Position numbers and translations under genes: made by a program. Positions 26,130 to 37,667 of a stretch of 64,000 nt of DNA are shown in pieces. Numbering within the stretch: the first letter of the stretch is position 1; every line of letters starts with the position of its first letter. The notes below the pieces were generated by a model. It was not told where the DNA came from, ran no database searches, and was given only the letters and a program-made list of their open reading frames with translations. The stretch comes from Psammoneis japonica (lineage: Eukaryota): the NCBI GenBank assembly GCA_008632985.1, contig QPGO01000256.1, positions 1 through 64,000 on the forward strand, read 5' to 3'.

Positions 26130-26520
26130 CCTCAGAGAAATTTGGGCAATGGTCGGACACCATTGCACTCACCCACGAAACGGCCATGGTGGAGGTCATG
26201 TTGAAACAGCAAGAACTTTGCTGGAAATGGAAGCAAACATTGAGGCAAGAGACTGCCGAGGAAATGCCACATTGAGCTGTGCAACCTCAATCAGCAAGGC
26301 GATCGTAGACTTGCTGCTTGATCATGGAGCCAGTGTCAGCGCAGTTGATGACAGAGGACGGCTGCCGATTCATGGCACCACATGGCAGTGGGGCAATCAT
26401 GACACTGCTTTGCGGCTGCTGAAAGTTCACATGCAACAGTTGCAGGCAAGCAAAAATGTTCACCCTTGCATCTTTGCATGCGCCATCGCCACAGTCGGAC
26501 ACATTGCCGAACATGGAAAT
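26130..26520 (+). pseudogene. Ankyrin-repeat gene remnant
   Basis: 'GRTPLH' frameshifts into 'GGHVETARTLLEMEANIEARD...AIVDLLLDHGASVSAVDDRGRLPIH'. Confidence 0.75.
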
Positions 26521-26762
26521 GAACACGACCGGTGTCAGACTGACCACACGTTGTCATTCGAGTTGCTTCGTCAAAACCCTCGCTTGTTTTTGGGTGCATC
26601 TCTTGGTCTCGTTGACCAACTCCAACACCCTCTCCCTTTCCTCTTGAGCCTCAGCCATGCCAGCCTTGTTTTTGCACAGAGATTCACCGGCCAATGGATT
26701 GAACCTCTGTCTGCTTCTCTTTGATTGTGTCATTGTGGGTCTTCCTTCAAGCAAACCTTGAT

Positions 26763-27676
26763 GACTTGTTCCAGACTTAGGTGCACTCACGCGCGAAAAA
26801 ATGACCCTTTTTGCATGAAACGCGCGGTCCACACTTGCGGTGCCATTTTCGATAGTAAAAACATAACAATTTACAAATGTGTTGTTATGGGTACATACAG
26901 AATTGTCTTGTGCGTGTACCCATGTATTCGAAACTGTTGATGGACTCAGTTATTAGTCGCTAAATTGTACCGTAAGTTGAGTGCTCGAATTTTCCGATGA
27001 GCGATTTATATATGCCTAAATGTAACAAGAAACATATAAAATATTATTCATATATATAAATTAAGTCTTTAACATAGCATAATTAATATTTTGTTTATAT
27101 ACGCGAATATGAGTTACACTCAACGGATCGAATAAAGCATTCGTTGATTAATAAGTTTAGGACGACGTGAGAAGAAGTGTAGCTCAGCCCACGCAATGGC
27201 GTCGACTTCGGACCATTTTTCACGGTTTAAAAGGCATAAACGATTGATACACTTGAATCAGTCGAATATATTGAGGAAATATACATGGTAATAGAAAAGA
27301 AATGGTCCTTAGAGGCAAATTGTGAGTGAATAGAGGCTCAATTGTTGTTGCTGACAGATTTAGCATTATTGTGCCGCGCTGCAGCCTTCAACAAGCATTT
27401 TCACTATTGTTGTTGATGACACAGACTATATCAAATACGGAGATCGTGGTCATGACATTCAATTTTCCATAAGGCTGAAAAAAGTGGGCCGTCATGGTCA
27501 CTGAAAGCCATGGCCGGTTTGGCTGTTTGTTTGTTCGAGTTTATTCTGTTTATTTTACTTACAAGCCATTGATATGATCAATTTTATTAAATATGTACGG
27601 TGTTCGATAAAGCATTAAAAAATTATTTTTTCTGCGAAAAGGGGCATGTGCGCGCCACCTAAGTCTGGAACAAGTC
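26763..27676. mobile_element. Non-autonomous TIR element (MITE-like), 914 bp
   Basis: Perfect 21-bp TIRs GACTTGTTCCAGACTTAGGTG at 26763-26783 and 27656-27676, flanked by a 4-bp TGAT direct repeat. The interior is AT-rich and non-coding. Confidence 0.9.
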
Positions 27677-27779
27677 TGATGTTTGCCAACGAGAGTTCTT
27701 GGCTTTTTCCAGCATTTTGTCAGCAAATCGCATGGTGATGGCACTGTTCATCTTCACAATCGCCCGTCGAATGTGAGAA

Positions 27780-30100
27780 GAAAAATGAACTTTTTCTTTT
27801 GAGCTGCCTTTTCCACTTTAATTTTTCAGAAGAAAAATGAACTTTTTCTTTTGAACTGTCTTTTCCACTTTAATTTTTCGTTGCATCGTCTCAGAAGCAC
27901 CGCTCTTCTCAACTGAACTTTTTCTTTTGAACTGTCTTTTCCACTTTAATTTTTCGTTGCATCGTCTCAGAAGCACCGCTCTTCTCAACTGGGATTCTTG
28001 CCATTTCTGGGCACCGCTCATCTTGTGATTCTCACAGTTGCCATTTCTGGGTTTTGTCTTTTTCTGCCCATCTCAGGCATTTTAAAAAATCTTCTTGTTG
28101 CTTTTTGTTTGATCAACTCTGTCCATTTTGGGCTGCGACGATGCCACAGTGCAGACCAGTTTGATGACACTGTGCTGTTGGGCAGAATTTTGTGACAACT
28201 TGGCCATTGGTCTGGCACTGAGGTCCAGCACAGAGGCGACTTCAGAGGAGGATGCTGTCGTCAATCCTCAGCTTGAATCTTTGGCATTGCACAACTTCCA
28301 GTTGCTGTCCGAGTGGCTGCAGCAGCTCGAAACAATGGAGCGATGATGTCTCAGAAGCACCGCTCTTCTCAACTGAACTTTTTCTTTTGAACTGTCTTTT
28401 CCACTTTAATTTTTCGTTGCATCGTCTCAGAAGCACCGCTCTTCTCAACTGGGATTCTTGCCATTTCTGGGCACCGCTCATCTTGTGATTCTCACAGTTG
28501 CCATTTCTGGGTTTTGTCTTTTTCTGCCCATCTCAGGCATTTTAAAAAATCTTCCAGCGGTGCAGACTGGTTTGCTGCGCTGTTGGGTGGAGCAAGAGGG
28601 TGTCTTCCGTTGCAAAAACACAATGTTTGACAACTTAGCAGTTGGGCGACAAACATGTTTGACAACTTGGCAGTTGGGCAGTTGGTCCAGCACTGAGGTC
28701 CAGCACTGAGGCAACTTCAAAGCATGGTGCTGTGAGCCCTCTGCTTGAATCTTGGGCATTTCAGTTGGGGTGCAGACTGGTTTGCTGTGCTGTTGGGCAG
28801 AGTGAGAGGGGTGTCTGTTGCAACTGATGCTGTCAGCCCTCCTCTGCTTGAATCTCAGGCATTTCAGTTGGAGCACACAACTTCTGGTTCTATTTTTCCA
28901 TGTTTGAAGAAGGCACTGGTGTGTCCAACTGCTGCCATCTGCACATGTGTTTGCATCTCATAGATTTTAAAAACATTTGAGAAGATTTTGTTGAATCATC
29001 TGTTGTGGAATCTTCATGGTCTATTTTGAACTGCTTTGTCTTTGCCTTTTTCACTTTTGTCTTTCATTGCATCAGCTCCAAAGCAACATTCATCTTGATG
29101 CCATTGTTGCCATTTCTGGGTTTTGTAATTTTTGTTCATCTTAAGCATTTTCATCTTTGAGTTGTTGACCAAAATTAGGTGCGTGGGGTTGGAAGGGAGA
29201 AAAATCAAAGCGAAAAAGGATTTGACTACCTTGCCTTTGGCATGCTTCTCTGTTCCGCACCAATCCTTTTTCTTCCTCTTTCATCCAGAGAAAGCAACAG
29301 TGCTGCCAGCTGGTCTCAACCTCTCAAAATGGGAGGTGCGGGCACCACATGCTCGAGAACGAACAACGGCCACATTCTGAGCAACAGGGCAGCCCAGATC
29401 TTTGCAGGAGCATTGTGAAAAACGAGCAAAAATGACACCATCCACCAAATTTGGTGGCATGCTTGACCACATCGAACATTGTCTTTTTTTCATCCAAGGC
29501 ATTTTCATTAATCTTTTGCAGCTTTTGTTGAATAATCTCTGTTGTCGAATCTTCATTTGCTTTGAACTGCCTTAGTCATTTTAATTTTTTGTTGTCATTT
29601 CTGGGTTTTGACTTTTTCTGTTCATCTCAGGCATTTTAAAACTCTTCTTGTTGCTTTTTGTTTAATCATCTCTGTCCATTTTGGGCTGTGATGATGCTGT
29701 GGTGTAGACTAGTTTGATTGATGCGCTGTTGGGCAGAGTGAGAGGGGGTCTGTTGCAACCACATACAATGCTGCAACAACTTGGCATTTGGGTGTTTGGT
29801 CTAGGACTGAGATACAGCACAGAGGCGACTTCAGAGGAGGCTATCAGTCCTCAGCTTGAATCTTTGGCATTTCAGTTGGAGCGTATATTTTCTGGTTGCT
29901 GTTCTTTCCTTATTTTAAAGAGAGCACTGGTGGGTCCAACTGTTGCCATTTCTGCACATTTTTTTTCTTCTCATGGATTTTCAAAAATCTTTGCGCAGAT
30001 TGTTGTTGAATCATCTCTGTCTATTTTGGGCTGTTTCATATCAGCCCTTTCTATTTTGATTTTATTTGCATCATCTAGACAGTATATTTCATACGTAATT
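27780..30100. repeat. Complex array of partial direct repeats; a related copy lies at ~25140-25560
   Basis: 27888-28093 is repeated essentially identically at 28348-28553. The module gtg(c/t)agac..gtttg occurs four times. 29263-29480 matches 25141-25465. Confidence 0.85.
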
Positions 30101-32888
30101 ACCCCAGCTGTTGCCGCCACTTTTACTGTAAGTTGTTTCAGCAAATAATTGATGCTCTTTGTGAGAAAAACAAAGTCTTATTTTTACCTCAAGCCTCTAA
30201 AACATTAGTTTTTTTTTACACCCATTCGGACTTTCATAGCCTTTTTGTTTAATTCTAAAAAGTTTCATCCTGAAGAGGATTTCCAAATTTGCAAATTTGT
30301 TCAAAAAATTTCGGCAAATTTGTTCATCCAAATTTGTGTGCAAACTCGATTCTCGCGATCACGTGATTTTTGTTACCCAAAATACTTAAGTTTTTGCGTG
30401 CGCCTTGGCAAATTTGAGCGTATCCAAAATTCCTCTGGGATCCAAATTCCATCGATGACGGAAACACTTTGAACATTTTTTATACTTAAGGGGTAGGATG
30501 GCCACGTCTTGATCTAAGATGCCCGTGAGTGGGAGGATGAACAAAGTAATGAGATAGACCAATTGGCTCCAAAAAGAAGATGGATTTGACTTTTCTGATA
30601 TGGAAGATTAAATTTGTTGACACGCCGTGCAAATTTGTAGAAACCACATTGGTAAAAAACGCTAAGAGAAGGCTATCTTTTCTTTTCACTGTCTCAATTG
30701 CTAGCACTATTCAACATTGGCAATAAAGATTGATTGCTGCAATCGGGAGCTCATATTTATGTTGCCCTTCTTAGGCGGCACCTCCTTGGATATATTACAA
30801 TGTACATTCAAGATTTATACTCTCTATTCACCTCCCTTACAAATATGTACCGTGTTGTTGAGCATTGTTGATGAGTTGAAATTTTGTATTCACAATAGCC
30901 CCGCATGGTAAGCACTGGCGGATTGTTCGGAAGATGAGGTATGTGGGCGTGCATTGAAATAGGTCCGGGTGTCAAAAAATCCAATGCACGACCCTCAAGT
31001 GTTCCACCATTTCAAAGTCATCGAAAATATCCAAAAACACGGAATGCATTGGCATTCTACGCAGGAATAGGTACAAGCTTTACGCAGGTCATTCTCGACC
31101 GCACACGGGCAAATAAACCCTTTCATGCTGTAGCGCTTGGTACAAAGATACGTACGTACTTCACCGTGTTAAAAAATGGAAACCACGGCGGACGTATCTT
31201 AACTGTACAAACTGATTGAATATACATACTTGACAATATGCAATGATCTTCTACCGAACGAATCTACTTTATTAGTCATTCAGAGCCTCATAAAGTATCT
31301 ACAGTTAATTGCTAGCGATTTGCGCGGCAATTTGGCGAGCGATTCACCGTGCTTTGCCGTGGCGAAACAAGGATTGTCCAAAATTTTTGATTTAACATCT
31401 CTACTAGCAAAAGTTTCGGGTTACATAACCTTTGAATGTGTCGAGCAATAATTTTATAACGTTAAACCACTAGCATTGCTCATCTGAACGTTCTCCACCC
31501 CTCATGCTTTTCACCGTGCTTTCACCACATGATTTTGATTTACAACACGGTGAAGTGTGGACGTAGAATTCTACGTATTTTATGGACTGTATGCTGTGGG
31601 TTTATCGCAAGTTTAAGACCAACCTTTCACGTAACCAGCAACAACCTTTTCTTCTTGGTCTATCTTTTTTCTACAGTCTGCGGGCACCGATGAGAGGTCG
31701 TCTGTTACTAACCCTACTTAACTTAATCCCTTTGTCTTCAAAACTCAACGACCCTTTTCAGGCAGTCAATAAAAATTCGCTTTATTTGGGCGTTTTTTCT
31801 GGCTCATTTTCCTTCAAGACTAAATTCATACCGTATAGATCAATGGTCTCTTATTGGTGTTTGCAATAAGATTGATCGTTGTAATTGGGAACTCATGGTG
31901 ATGTTGCCCTTCTGAGATGGTAGCTCCTTCGCCCTCACCTGCTACTCGCTGCAAATGGTACATGCTGAATAGTTGAAGACATTAAGGATATTATTCTGTC
32001 TATCTCAGGCTATTTCGTATTGGACAGTGGCAATGACATTGATCGCTGCAATTGGGATCTTGTGATCAAATCAGACAGTTAATAAAGATTCATTTTATTT
32101 GGGCGTTGCCTCACAAAATTGTTGTGTGGCAACCGATTCTGTCTCGAATGTTCTTTGCAGGAATCGGTAAAATTTCTACGCAGGTCATTCTAGACCGCAC
32201 ACGAGCTTCACAAGCTTACCGACTGATCTTCATGTCCCTGTTCACGCAACTAGCAGCAATCTTCTCTTCTTAGTCAATTTCTGTCTACAGTCTGATAGCG
32301 CCAATTTCCTGTGGAAACTTGTCTTTCTGTGTTCATGATTGTGATCAATTCATTCATTCAGTAAAAACTAGTCCTAATGTTCCTCCTTCCACAACTTCAC
32401 TCAATGCTTTTTTGTATTCACAACTTTTGCCTGTGGAAACTGTGGTTTAGCCTTTCTGTGTTCATTTCGTTTTAGATGGAGATGTTGCCCCTAATTCATC
32501 TCATTATTGCTGTCTATCATGATAATGACAGTGCTTTAGCCGGTGTATTTCCGAATATTTTGCTCTGTCCATGACCATTGCTTGGTTGTCCATCTCAGGC
32601 TTTTTTCTACCATTTTCTTAACTGCCTTTTTTCATTTTTCACTAGTCACATGGCGGTTCGACAGAAAAATTGCTGAATCCGTCAGTGGCAAAAATAACCT
32701 GTATACGTGCATGCTTTGGTTTTTTCACCTAGAGATCTCGCATTTTGGAGGCCTCTACGAGCGTCGATGGCAGAATTAGCAGCAGAGGAAAAAACTGGAT
32801 GCACAAATGCAACAGCCATCCAGCAGTAGTATCATAGCTATCGTGGGGGGGGGGGGGCACTAGCTCTAGAGTAGAGAGCAGGCCCTGG

Positions 32889-33110
32889 CGGCTGCACTCG
32901 CTAAATTTTCAGAGAAAGGAGCAAGTCCTAGCTAGTGATAGAAGAAACTAATGTCAAACAATCTCTTCATTATGCCGCACCAGCAGCTTCTTAGACGGCA
33001 GCTACACTAGCTAAATTTTCAGAGAAAGCAGCAAGTCCTAGTCATAGAAGAGAAACCAATGTCAAACAATCTCTTCATCATGCCGCACCAGCAGCTTCGT
33101 AGACGGCGGC
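32889..33110. repeat. Tandem duplication, ~110 bp unit x2
   Basis: gctaaattttcagagaaag...aatgtcaaacaatctcttcat.atgccgcaccagcagcttc.tagacggc occurs twice. Confidence 0.9.
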
Positions 33111-33615
33111 AGCATACCAGGACAACCAACCTTCCAGGACAGCAGTGGTACAAATGCAATCTAAATTATAAAAGCACCTCAAAAAATGCAAGATGAGTCA
33201 ACCAACGCATCACTGACATTGATTGTCTTTCCAGATATGAGCATTTCAGGAAGGGAGTCGGAAATCATGCTTCTCATTCGTGCCATGGTAGCAACAGTGC
33301 TTCCATTACTACACCTTAGTCATTGCCAGTACGAGCTGTTCAACCGTGTGTGCTGTGTTGGAGTTTAGCGAACACCTGTCGCCACGACGGCCCAACTTTC
33401 TGACAACCGAACGACGAACGTGATAGAGAGGGTAAAGACGCTGTCGTAGCCTCTTCGCCTCCATCAAGAATGCCTCTTTATCGAGGCTCCTACGTGACAC
33501 ATAAAACGCGCCATTTGAAATCAACGCTAACGATTTCATGGCTTGCACTTCTCGAAAAGCTTCAGTCAATCCAAGCCACTACTTACGCAATGTGCAACGA
33601 CGCAACACACTGCTT

Positions 33616-34488
33616 CTAAACGACATCATCCGCAGCATTCACCTCTCCCTCCTCGTTTACTTCGTCGCCGCTTCCACTCTCGCGGCTAGCGTCAGTCATG
33701 ATTGTTCCTGTGCTGACATTGTCTTGCGCATCTTCCTCGTTTTCATCGACAAGTGTCATGACGACGCAATAACAGTTTGACCCAGACGTGGGTTGCCCTC
33801 CTCCATGCATTGCTCTTGATGAACGTTGTACATATGGGATGGATTGAGCGACATTTGCATATCGTTTCATTGTTACGTGGACGCCTCGGCCTCTCCAGGG
33901 TCGATACAAGTCTTCAACGTCTGCCACTAGCTTCTGTGATTCCCGGCGTGAACACCGATAGAGGAGGTAAAATACAGAAGTAATGGTCACGGCCATGGCT
34001 ACGATGTACCCGGGATGATCAAACAGTGGGCTGCTCCAAAAATGTGGGGTAAAGTAGGCCGCAAAAAAGGCAACAAGAATAAACAAGGCAATGGTTAGAA
34101 TGGCAACAGTCGCTCTTCCGCCTTTCCACTCGTCCAAGCGTTCTCTCAGTTGCTGCATTTTCTCATTGTATTCTTCACGAGAGATCGGACCGGTGTTAAA
34201 TTGCTTTGGAAACGATTCATCATGCAATTCACAGCCGCTATCCATAACCACGACATTGCTGTCTGGAGAGCTTGTGTTGGAGGTTTGAGCCGTCGTCGAC
34301 CGAGAAGCACTCGTACTTGCAGTAGTCAGGCTGACGCCACTTCCCGCACTTTCAGTCGGGGCGGGATCATCATACCGAAAAAGTGGAAGTATTGACAATT
34401 TCGTTCCAAATCTCCTCTTGGTCATGATCGGCATCACGACCCTGTGCGCTGAAGGCCGTGGTGGACTCGAGAGAGGTGCATTCCCCAT
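33616..34488 (-). CDS. Predicted membrane protein (two hydrophobic helices), possibly ERF4/GOLGA7-like
   Basis: 290-aa ATG-initiated ORF with normal dinucleotide content. 'FPKQFNTGPISREEYNEKMQQLRERL' resembles the ERF4 family core. Confidence 0.6.
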   Translation of the reverse strand: MGNAPLSSPPRPSAHRVVMPIMTKRRFGTKLSILPLFRYDDPAPTESAGSGVSLTTASTSASRSTTAQTSNTSSPDSNVVVMDSGCELHDESFPKQFNTGPISREEYNEKMQQLRERLDEWKGGRATVAILTIALFILVAFFAAYFTPHFWSSPLFDHPGYIVAMAVTITSVFYLLYRCSRRESQKLVADVEDLYRPWRGRGVHVTMKRYANVAQSIPYVQRSSRAMHGGGQPTSGSNCYCVVMTLVDENEEDAQDNVSTGTIMTDASRESGSGDEVNEEGEVNAADDVV

Positions 34489-34769
34489 TGTTATTTATGC
34501 TGTCTACTACTAGCTAGTAGAGGTTGTCACCAGAGCTTGCTGTCACAGAAAGGCGAAGAATGCAGAATGCTGATGCTGATGAGATCACTCGTCACTCCTG
34601 TCGCGCGACCAAAACTTCCCATCAGCCGCAAAGAAGAGCGAGCAGCTGTGTTGTGACGTGTGCATGGCAGGAGGGAGATACAGTAGATGCGTAGCCTCTC
34701 AGTGTGAATTTCAAGTCTACAACAAAAATCTGAGTAGTTCCTTTACAAATAGGAACAACGTTATACTCT

Positions 34770-37667
34770 CTAGAAGTCATTAAAATACCTTTGCTCTGAA
34801 TTCGAAAGCGAAGATCGCTTCTTCGTATGCTTCTCTAGCTTGGACCAAGAAGCGTCAAACTTGGAAACATCAAACGGGCCATTAACGTTGGGGGTCCAGG
34901 GTGCTTGAAGCTCTTTCCGAAACAGTTTACCAAAGTCCATATCTAAGAACCAAGCATGGTCTCGAATATCGAGTTCTCCTCGTGACAAACATCCAATGCG
35001 CAACGACGGCTTTGGAGTTAGCAAGTTGCGAATCAAGTCTTTTGCTTCTTGCGAAATGTCCAAGTTGGTTGGAAACTTGTACTTGGCCATCACAATCTGC
35101 TGGTACAAGTCCACATGCGACATTCCAGGAAGGTAGAAAGGAGTGTATCCAACGATCATGTCGTAGATGAGAACCCCGAGACTCCACAAATCGGCACCAT
35201 GGTTGTGTCCTAAGTTGCATCCATTTGAAATAGTATTGAGTTATTAGCAATGTGAACCACAAGACGTGAACAACAACAACCGAATCATACCAAAGACTCA
35301 ACAAGCTAGAGTACTGACCTTCACCCAATATTACCTCGGGGGCCATGTAGACTGGAGTCCCACAAAAGGTATAGGTCTTACCCTCTACCTCCGTTGCTGT
35401 TTGAAAATCGTCGCGACGAGCAAACAACGTGAGAAGACATTCCACGAGGCTTAAAAGAGAGTAGCTATCCCTATCTACCGCCAAATAATAACCTCACAAT
35501 ACTCACCAAAACCAAGATCGATTAAAACACAATAACCATCACTATCCAGCATGACATTTTCCCCTTTCAAATCGCGATCTTGAAAAAAGGAAACAGATAT
35601 AATAACGTGAGATATGAGACTGAATTCAACACACAAAAGTCAAAATGTCGACACGATAAAACACTTACGAATGATGCCTTGACGATGCATGTAGCTTAGC
35701 CCCTCAAATACTCCTGCGGCAAAAAAGACAACCTCATCCTCAGGAATGCCGTCAAATTCATGTGTATGAATAATACTAGACAGCTCTCCACCTTGAAATA
35801 GATTGACCAGCATGTAGAGACACTCCTCGTCCTTGTACGAATTGAGTAGACGCATGACAAAGGGATGATTCATCTTTTGCATAATTGCTTTTTCCTGTAG
35901 TACTCCCGTTACTTGGTTGTATTTCAGAATGTCACGCTTGTACTGGACCTTGAGCGCATATGTGGCTTTGCCTGATAGTTGGTTGCTATTACTACTTGGC
36001 GTTGCCTTCTTGACGAGTAGTTTTTTGTTGCGGCCAATATTTGGGTTGTCACTTTCACAAACTAGCCACACTTGTCCAAAGGTACCAGCTCCAAGCAGTT
36101 TAAGCATTTCCAAGGAATCGAGTTGAATGGAATATCCCGGTTTGGTGGGTGCCTCCTCAATCTTTCTGCCCAATCTTGCTTGATCCAAAATGACCCTTTC
36201 GATATCCTCCAGAGTCAAGACACCCATGGTAACGTCTTGAGCCGCAGCAATGGTACGCGTCGCTTTTACGGGTTCTCCTTTTGTTTCTGGTACGAGCTCT
36301 TTGTGTCCAAACATGGCGTTTGGTTCGAGAATCTTTGTCGTTCCGCCTAACAAACTATTGGTGGATACCGAGACGGTTCCCGAAATGACAATATAAATCG
36401 TTGGATGCGTCACGACCTTGCCTTGTCGGAAAAAGACGTGATTGTTTTCATAGTGAACGGTTTTGATTCGATCCACAATTGAATCCATTTCAACGTCGTC
36501 CACATTGGAATTGCGAAAGAGGTCCGTTACTTGCTGCAGAGTTAGTTCAATGGTAAGCATCATGTGAGCATCGATAAGAATAGATAAGAGTATAAACAAA
36601 AGGAACCATACAAGAGCGAGACAATGTTATTAAAGACGTACCAGCATGCGCTTATACAAGCTCTTGGCAATAAGCTTGTCTAGATCGAGTCCACCCACCA
36701 CCTTGATAAAGTTGTCTCGTGAAAGGTAAAACATGACTCCGTCCGTCAGTGCCCTTGCGTCGCCTGGCCAGAGCTTTTCGTCTTGTATAAGATTCTGTCC
36801 AAAGACTTCATTACAACCAAAGGTCAAGTCCTGTACCTTGGCATCACCAATCGAAACATTGACTGTCTTGATGGTGCCCTGTTGAATAATGACGAGTCCG
36901 TCACATTTAGTACCCTTGTGGATCAATACATCATTAGCAGCAAAGTGTTTCATTTCCAAGGCACTAGCAATCCGCTCCTTGTCCTGTTCGGCCAAGTCTT
37001 TCCAAAAGTAGACCTTGTCGACGCACTCTCGGGCTGTTTGTTGGTGTTCCAATGCCATTTTTCGACGGAGTTGCCTTACCACGTCTTGACTCACCCTCCA
37101 CAGGGTACAAGACGTGACAGCCGTGACGGTTGCCGCACGAGGCGTATCATGAAGCAAGGCGAGCTCACCAAAAGCATTACCGTCGGATCCTGTACCAACG
37201 TCTTTACCATCCACCGTAAATTGTACAGTACCGTGCTCTACAATATAAAAGAAATCTCCAATATCACCCTGCTTTATAATCACGTGCCCCTTTGGTACCG
37301 ATATGAGCTCCATGGCATGGACGAGTACGTCTCGCGTATTTTTATCGAGATGCAAATAGACAAAGTTGTCCTTGAGTGCCACGTGCAGTTTTGTTTTTTG
37401 CGACGCCGTTTTCGAATGCACCGGAGCGACAAAGTTTGTTACAACATCATTCAGTGGCTTGACAAACACATTGCGAAATCGATCAATGTGGGGAATATCG
37501 TCGTCGTCATGTTCTTGATGAATATCGACTCGTACTTTGTGTTCTTGTCCTCGTGGAGGCTTAACCTTGTGCTTGACTCGATCGGCAGCAGCATCCTTGT
37601 CGGGGGAAATGCAAGTTGCCCTTTCCAGAAAGGTTCTGATATCCTCTAACCGTTCTGCAAACTTCAT
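34770..37667 (-). CDS. Cyclic-nucleotide-dependent (PKG-architecture) AGC kinase with three cNMP-binding domains; exons 37667-36642, 36533-35669, 35578-35507, 35396-35319, 35209-34770
   Basis: cNMP motifs IIKQGDIGDFFYIVE.G and FGELALLHDTPRAATV. Kinase motifs LGAGTFGQV, ALK, H|RDLKGEN, DLGFA, CGTPVYMAPE and DLWSLG are rebuilt across four GT-AG introns. Confidence 0.93.

Larger units (their letters stand above)
18130..26760. repeat. TpA/CpG-eroded degenerate block C
   Basis: TA is nearly absent and CG is sparse. Contains copia gag, short duplications and an ankyrin remnant. Confidence 0.85.

Noticed and set aside
27780..30100. CRISPR-like or prokaryotic repeat array
   Set aside because: Units are long and irregular with no unique spacers, and the context is eukaryotic.
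36783..37649. 288-aa plus-strand ORF
   Set aside because: Antisense shadow of kinase exon 1.
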